A stretch of DNA of 62,175 nt, the filler included, from Pirum gemmata (Eukaryota): assembly GCA_002812295.1 (NCBI GenBank). It is 28 parts of 28 records of this genome, joined end to end, with 100 filler letters (N's around TTAATTAATTAA, not from the genome) between each part and the next. Parts side by side here need not be neighbours in the genome. Positions count along the whole stretch, not along the records: positions 60,173 to 62,175 come from PDIN01009049.1; 27 more parts are not named here. One strand, written 5' to 3'. Both the position numbers and the translations under genes were made by a program. This document shows, piece by piece, positions 61,320 to 62,175 of this stretch. The number at the start of each line of letters is the position of its first letter. Positions within the stretch are counted from its first letter, which is position 1. The notes beneath the pieces were generated by a model, which was not told where the DNA came from, searched no databases, and saw only the letters and a program-made list of their open reading frames with translations.

Positions 61320-62175
61320 AACAACTAAACAACAAAAAACAACAAAACAACAAAACAATAAAACAAAAACAAAACAAAAACAAAACAACAAAACAACACA
61401 ACAAAAACAACAAAAACAAAACAACAAAACAACAAAACAACAAAACAACAAAACAACAAAACAACAAAACAACAAAACAACAAAAGCAAAACAACAAACC
61501 TTAAACAAAAAAAGAAAAACAACAAAGCAACAAACGAACAAAACAAACAAAATAACGTTGCAACGTTAACAAAACAACAAAGCAACAAAGCAACAAAACA
61601 ACAACAAAACAACAAAACAACAAAACAACAAAACAACAAAACAATAAAACAACAANNNNNNNNNNNNNNNNNNNNNNNNNNNNNNNNNNNNNNNNNNNNN
61701 NNNNNNNNNNNNNNNNNNNNNNNNNNNNNNNNNNNNNNNNNNNNCAAAACAACAAAACAACAAAACAACAAAACAACAAAACAACAAAACAAAACAACAA
61801 AACAACAAAACAACAAAACAACAAAACAACAAAACAACAAAACAACAAAACAGCACAAAACAACACAAAACAACGCAAACAACATAAATCAACATAAATC
61901 AACAACAAAATAACAAAATAACAAAATAACAAAAACAACACTAAACACAAAACAACGAAACAAAACAGCGAAACAAAACAACAAAACAACATGTAGTACA
62001 AAATAATAAAATAATAAAACAGCAAAACAACATGTACATGTACAAAACAACAAAACAACAAAACAAAATAGCAAAACAGCAAAACAACAAAACAACGTTA
62101 ACAAAACAATATAACAAAATAACAAAATAACAAAATAACATGTACAAAATAACAAAATAACAAAATAACAAAATA
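61320..62175. repeat. (CAAAACAA)n degenerate octamer microsatellite
   Basis: Direct reading. Confidence 0.9.

Noticed and set aside
61269..62171. Multiple FCCFVVLL ORFs
   Set aside because: Stop-free translations of the (CAAAACAA)n microsatellite; the same applies to 25183-25398, 26120-26534, 47599-47874 and 56006-56333

Overview
AT-rich eukaryotic draft-assembly DNA, not a continuous locus. About 29 short contigs (mostly ~2 kb) are concatenated with an artificial 100-bp spacer (about N44-TTAATTAATTAA-N44), so adjacency across spacers means nothing. GT-AG introns, TTAGGG-type repeats, poly-N/poly-Q microsatellites and the gene content fit an opisthokont, possibly a unicellular holozoan (inference only). 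Apparently complete single-exon genes: a C2H2 zinc-finger protein, a signal-peptide-bearing GBP/atlastin-like GTPase, a TSP1x4-EGF-polysaccharide-lyase-like membrane protein and a bZIP factor. Gene fragments: a P2C Na+/K+-type ATPase, an acid lipase, a WD40 protein, a ubiquitin-like domain, a MYND finger and an ADAM-type disintegrin whose exons the ORF track misses. Non-coding DNA is dense in MITE-like dispersed repeats, interstitial telomeric arrays and CTAG-rich palindromic patches, plus a decayed Fanzor2/TnpB gene and a LINE fragment. Most notable: (1) an ADAM intron made of mutually complementary telomeric arrays abutting both splice sites, (2) the TSP1-EGF-lyase fusion, (3) the Fanzor relic, (4) a 58-bp TIR/TSD element carrying telomeric repeats, (5) the apparently secreted GBP-like GTPase. 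All calls are by eye; no searches were run.
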